NCBI RefSeq assembly: GCF_022045235.1
Contig: NW_027266264.1
Span: forward strand, 70,060,001-70,124,000
DNA length: 64,000 nt
Origin: Haliotis cracherodii
Taxonomy: Eukaryota
Direction: 5' to 3'
Part shown: positions 62,449 through 64,000 of the stretch, piece after piece
Layout: the number at the start of each line of letters is the position of its first letter
How positions within the stretch are numbered: position 1 is the stretch's first letter
Notes under the pieces: generated by a model
What the model saw: only the letters and a program-made list of their open reading frames with translations
Told to the model about the DNA's origin: nothing
The model's database searches: none
Translations under genes and position numbers: made by a program

Positions 62449-64000
62449 GAGCCCTCGGAATTGTGTTAGGCATAACCCTAACACAAGACAGGGCCCTCAA
62501 AACTGTGTGTGGCATAACCCTGACACAAGACAGGGCCCTCGGAACTGTGTATTGCATAACCCTAACACAAGACAGAGCCCTCGAAACTGTGTATGGCATA
62601 ACCCTAACACAAGACAGAGCCCTCGAAACTGTGTATGGCATAACCCTAACACAAGACAGAGCCCTCGGAACTGTGTATGGCGTAACCCTAACACAAGACA
62701 GGGGCCTCGGAACTGTGTATGGCATAACCCTAACACAAGACAGAGCCCTCGGAACTGTGTATGGCATAACCCTAACACAAGACAGAGCCCTCGGAACTGT
62801 GTATGGCATAACCCTTACACAAGACAGGGCCCTCGGAACTGTGTATGGCATAACCCTAACACAAGACAGGGGCCTCGGAACTGTGTATGGCGTAGTCCTA
62901 ACACAAGACAGGGCCCTCGGAACTGTGTATGGCATAACCCTTACACAAGACAGGGCCCTCGGAACTGTGTATGGCGTAACCCTTACACAAGACAGGGCCC
63001 TCGGAACTGTGTATGGCATAACCCTAACACAAGACAGAGCCCTCGGAACTGTGTATGGCGTAACCCTAACACAAGACAGGGGCATCGGAACTGTGTATGG
63101 CGTAGTCCTAACACAAGACAGGGCCCTCGGAACTGTGAATGGCGTAACCCTTACACAAGACAGGGCCCACGGAACTGTGTTTGGCATAACCCTTACACAA
63201 GACAGGGTCCACGGAACAGTGTATGGCATAACCCTAACACAAGACAGGGCCCACGGAACTGTGTTTGGCATAACCCTTACACAAGACAGGGTCCACGGAA
63301 CTGTGTATGGCGTAACCCTTACACTAGACAGGGTCATCGGAACTGTGTATGGCGTAACCCTAACACAAGACAGGGCCCTCGGAACTGTGTATGGCATAAC
63401 CCTAACACAAGACAGGGTCCACGGAACTGTGTATGGCATAACCCTAACACAAGACAGGGGCCTCGGAACTGTGTATATATGGCGTAGCCCTAACACAAGA
63501 CCGGGCCCTCGGAACTGTGTATGGCGTAACCCTAACACAAGACCGGGTCCTCGGAACTGTGTTTGGCATAACCCTAACACAAGACAGGGGCCTCGGAACT
63601 GTGTATATATGGCGTAACCCTAACACAAGACCGGGCCCTCGGAACTGTGTATGGCGTAACCCTAACACAAGACCGGGTCCTCGGAACTGTGTATGGCATA
63701 ACCCTAACACAAGACAGGGTCCACGGAACAGTGTATGGCATAACCCTAACACAAGACAGGGGCCTCGGAACTGTGTATGGCGTAACCCTAACACAAGACC
63801 GGGCCCTCGGAACTGTGTATGGCGTAACCCTTACACAAGACAGGGCCCTCGGAACTGTGAATGGCGTAACCCTTACACAAGACAGGGCCCGCGGAACTGT
63901 GTATGGTGTAACCCTTACACAAGACAGGGCCCTCGGAAATGTGTATATATGGCGTAACCCTAACACAAGACAGAGCCCTCGGAACTGTGTATAGCGTAAC
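62449..64000. repeat. 42-bp satellite (ggaactgtgtatggcataaccctaacacaagacagggccctc), runs off the window end
   Basis: Direct; 14-aa repeat ORFs; occasional 46-bp variants. Confidence 0.97.

Noticed and set aside
62354-63994. ORFs of up to 408 aa with a 14-aa repeat
   Set aside because: Satellite DNA; 4-bp insertion variants shift the frame freely

Overview
Repeat-rich animal genomic DNA, most likely a mollusc; the SINE set looks gastropod/abalone-like, which is inferred from memory of these families, not from a search. By rough manual tally about 18 kb (25-30%) is unrelated minisatellite arrays, and these account for nearly all long ORFs in the six-frame track. Interspersed repeats include four SINE-like families sharing a LINE-type stem-loop 3' tail, one full-length dead Tc1 element (29-bp TIRs, TA duplications), two more Tc1 remnants, two Penelope-like fragments (one with an inverted terminal copy), CR1/L2-type RT fragments and several MITEs. 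One host gene is supportable on the + strand: a large exon (16033-16807) encoding a disordered N-terminus and one transmembrane helix, then an intron of about 34 kb and four small candidate exons (50523-50576, 50965-51025, 51660-51691, 52716 onward). Joined by phase, they give a type II membrane precursor with an N-glycosylation sequon and a furin site (RQKR) ahead of a 26-aa peptide with a C-x8-C loop. Choice of the 61-nt and 32-nt exons would read the last exon in all three frames. Exon linkage is inferred from splice signals and phase only and needs transcript evidence. No CRISPR array, rRNA or intact tRNA gene was seen.
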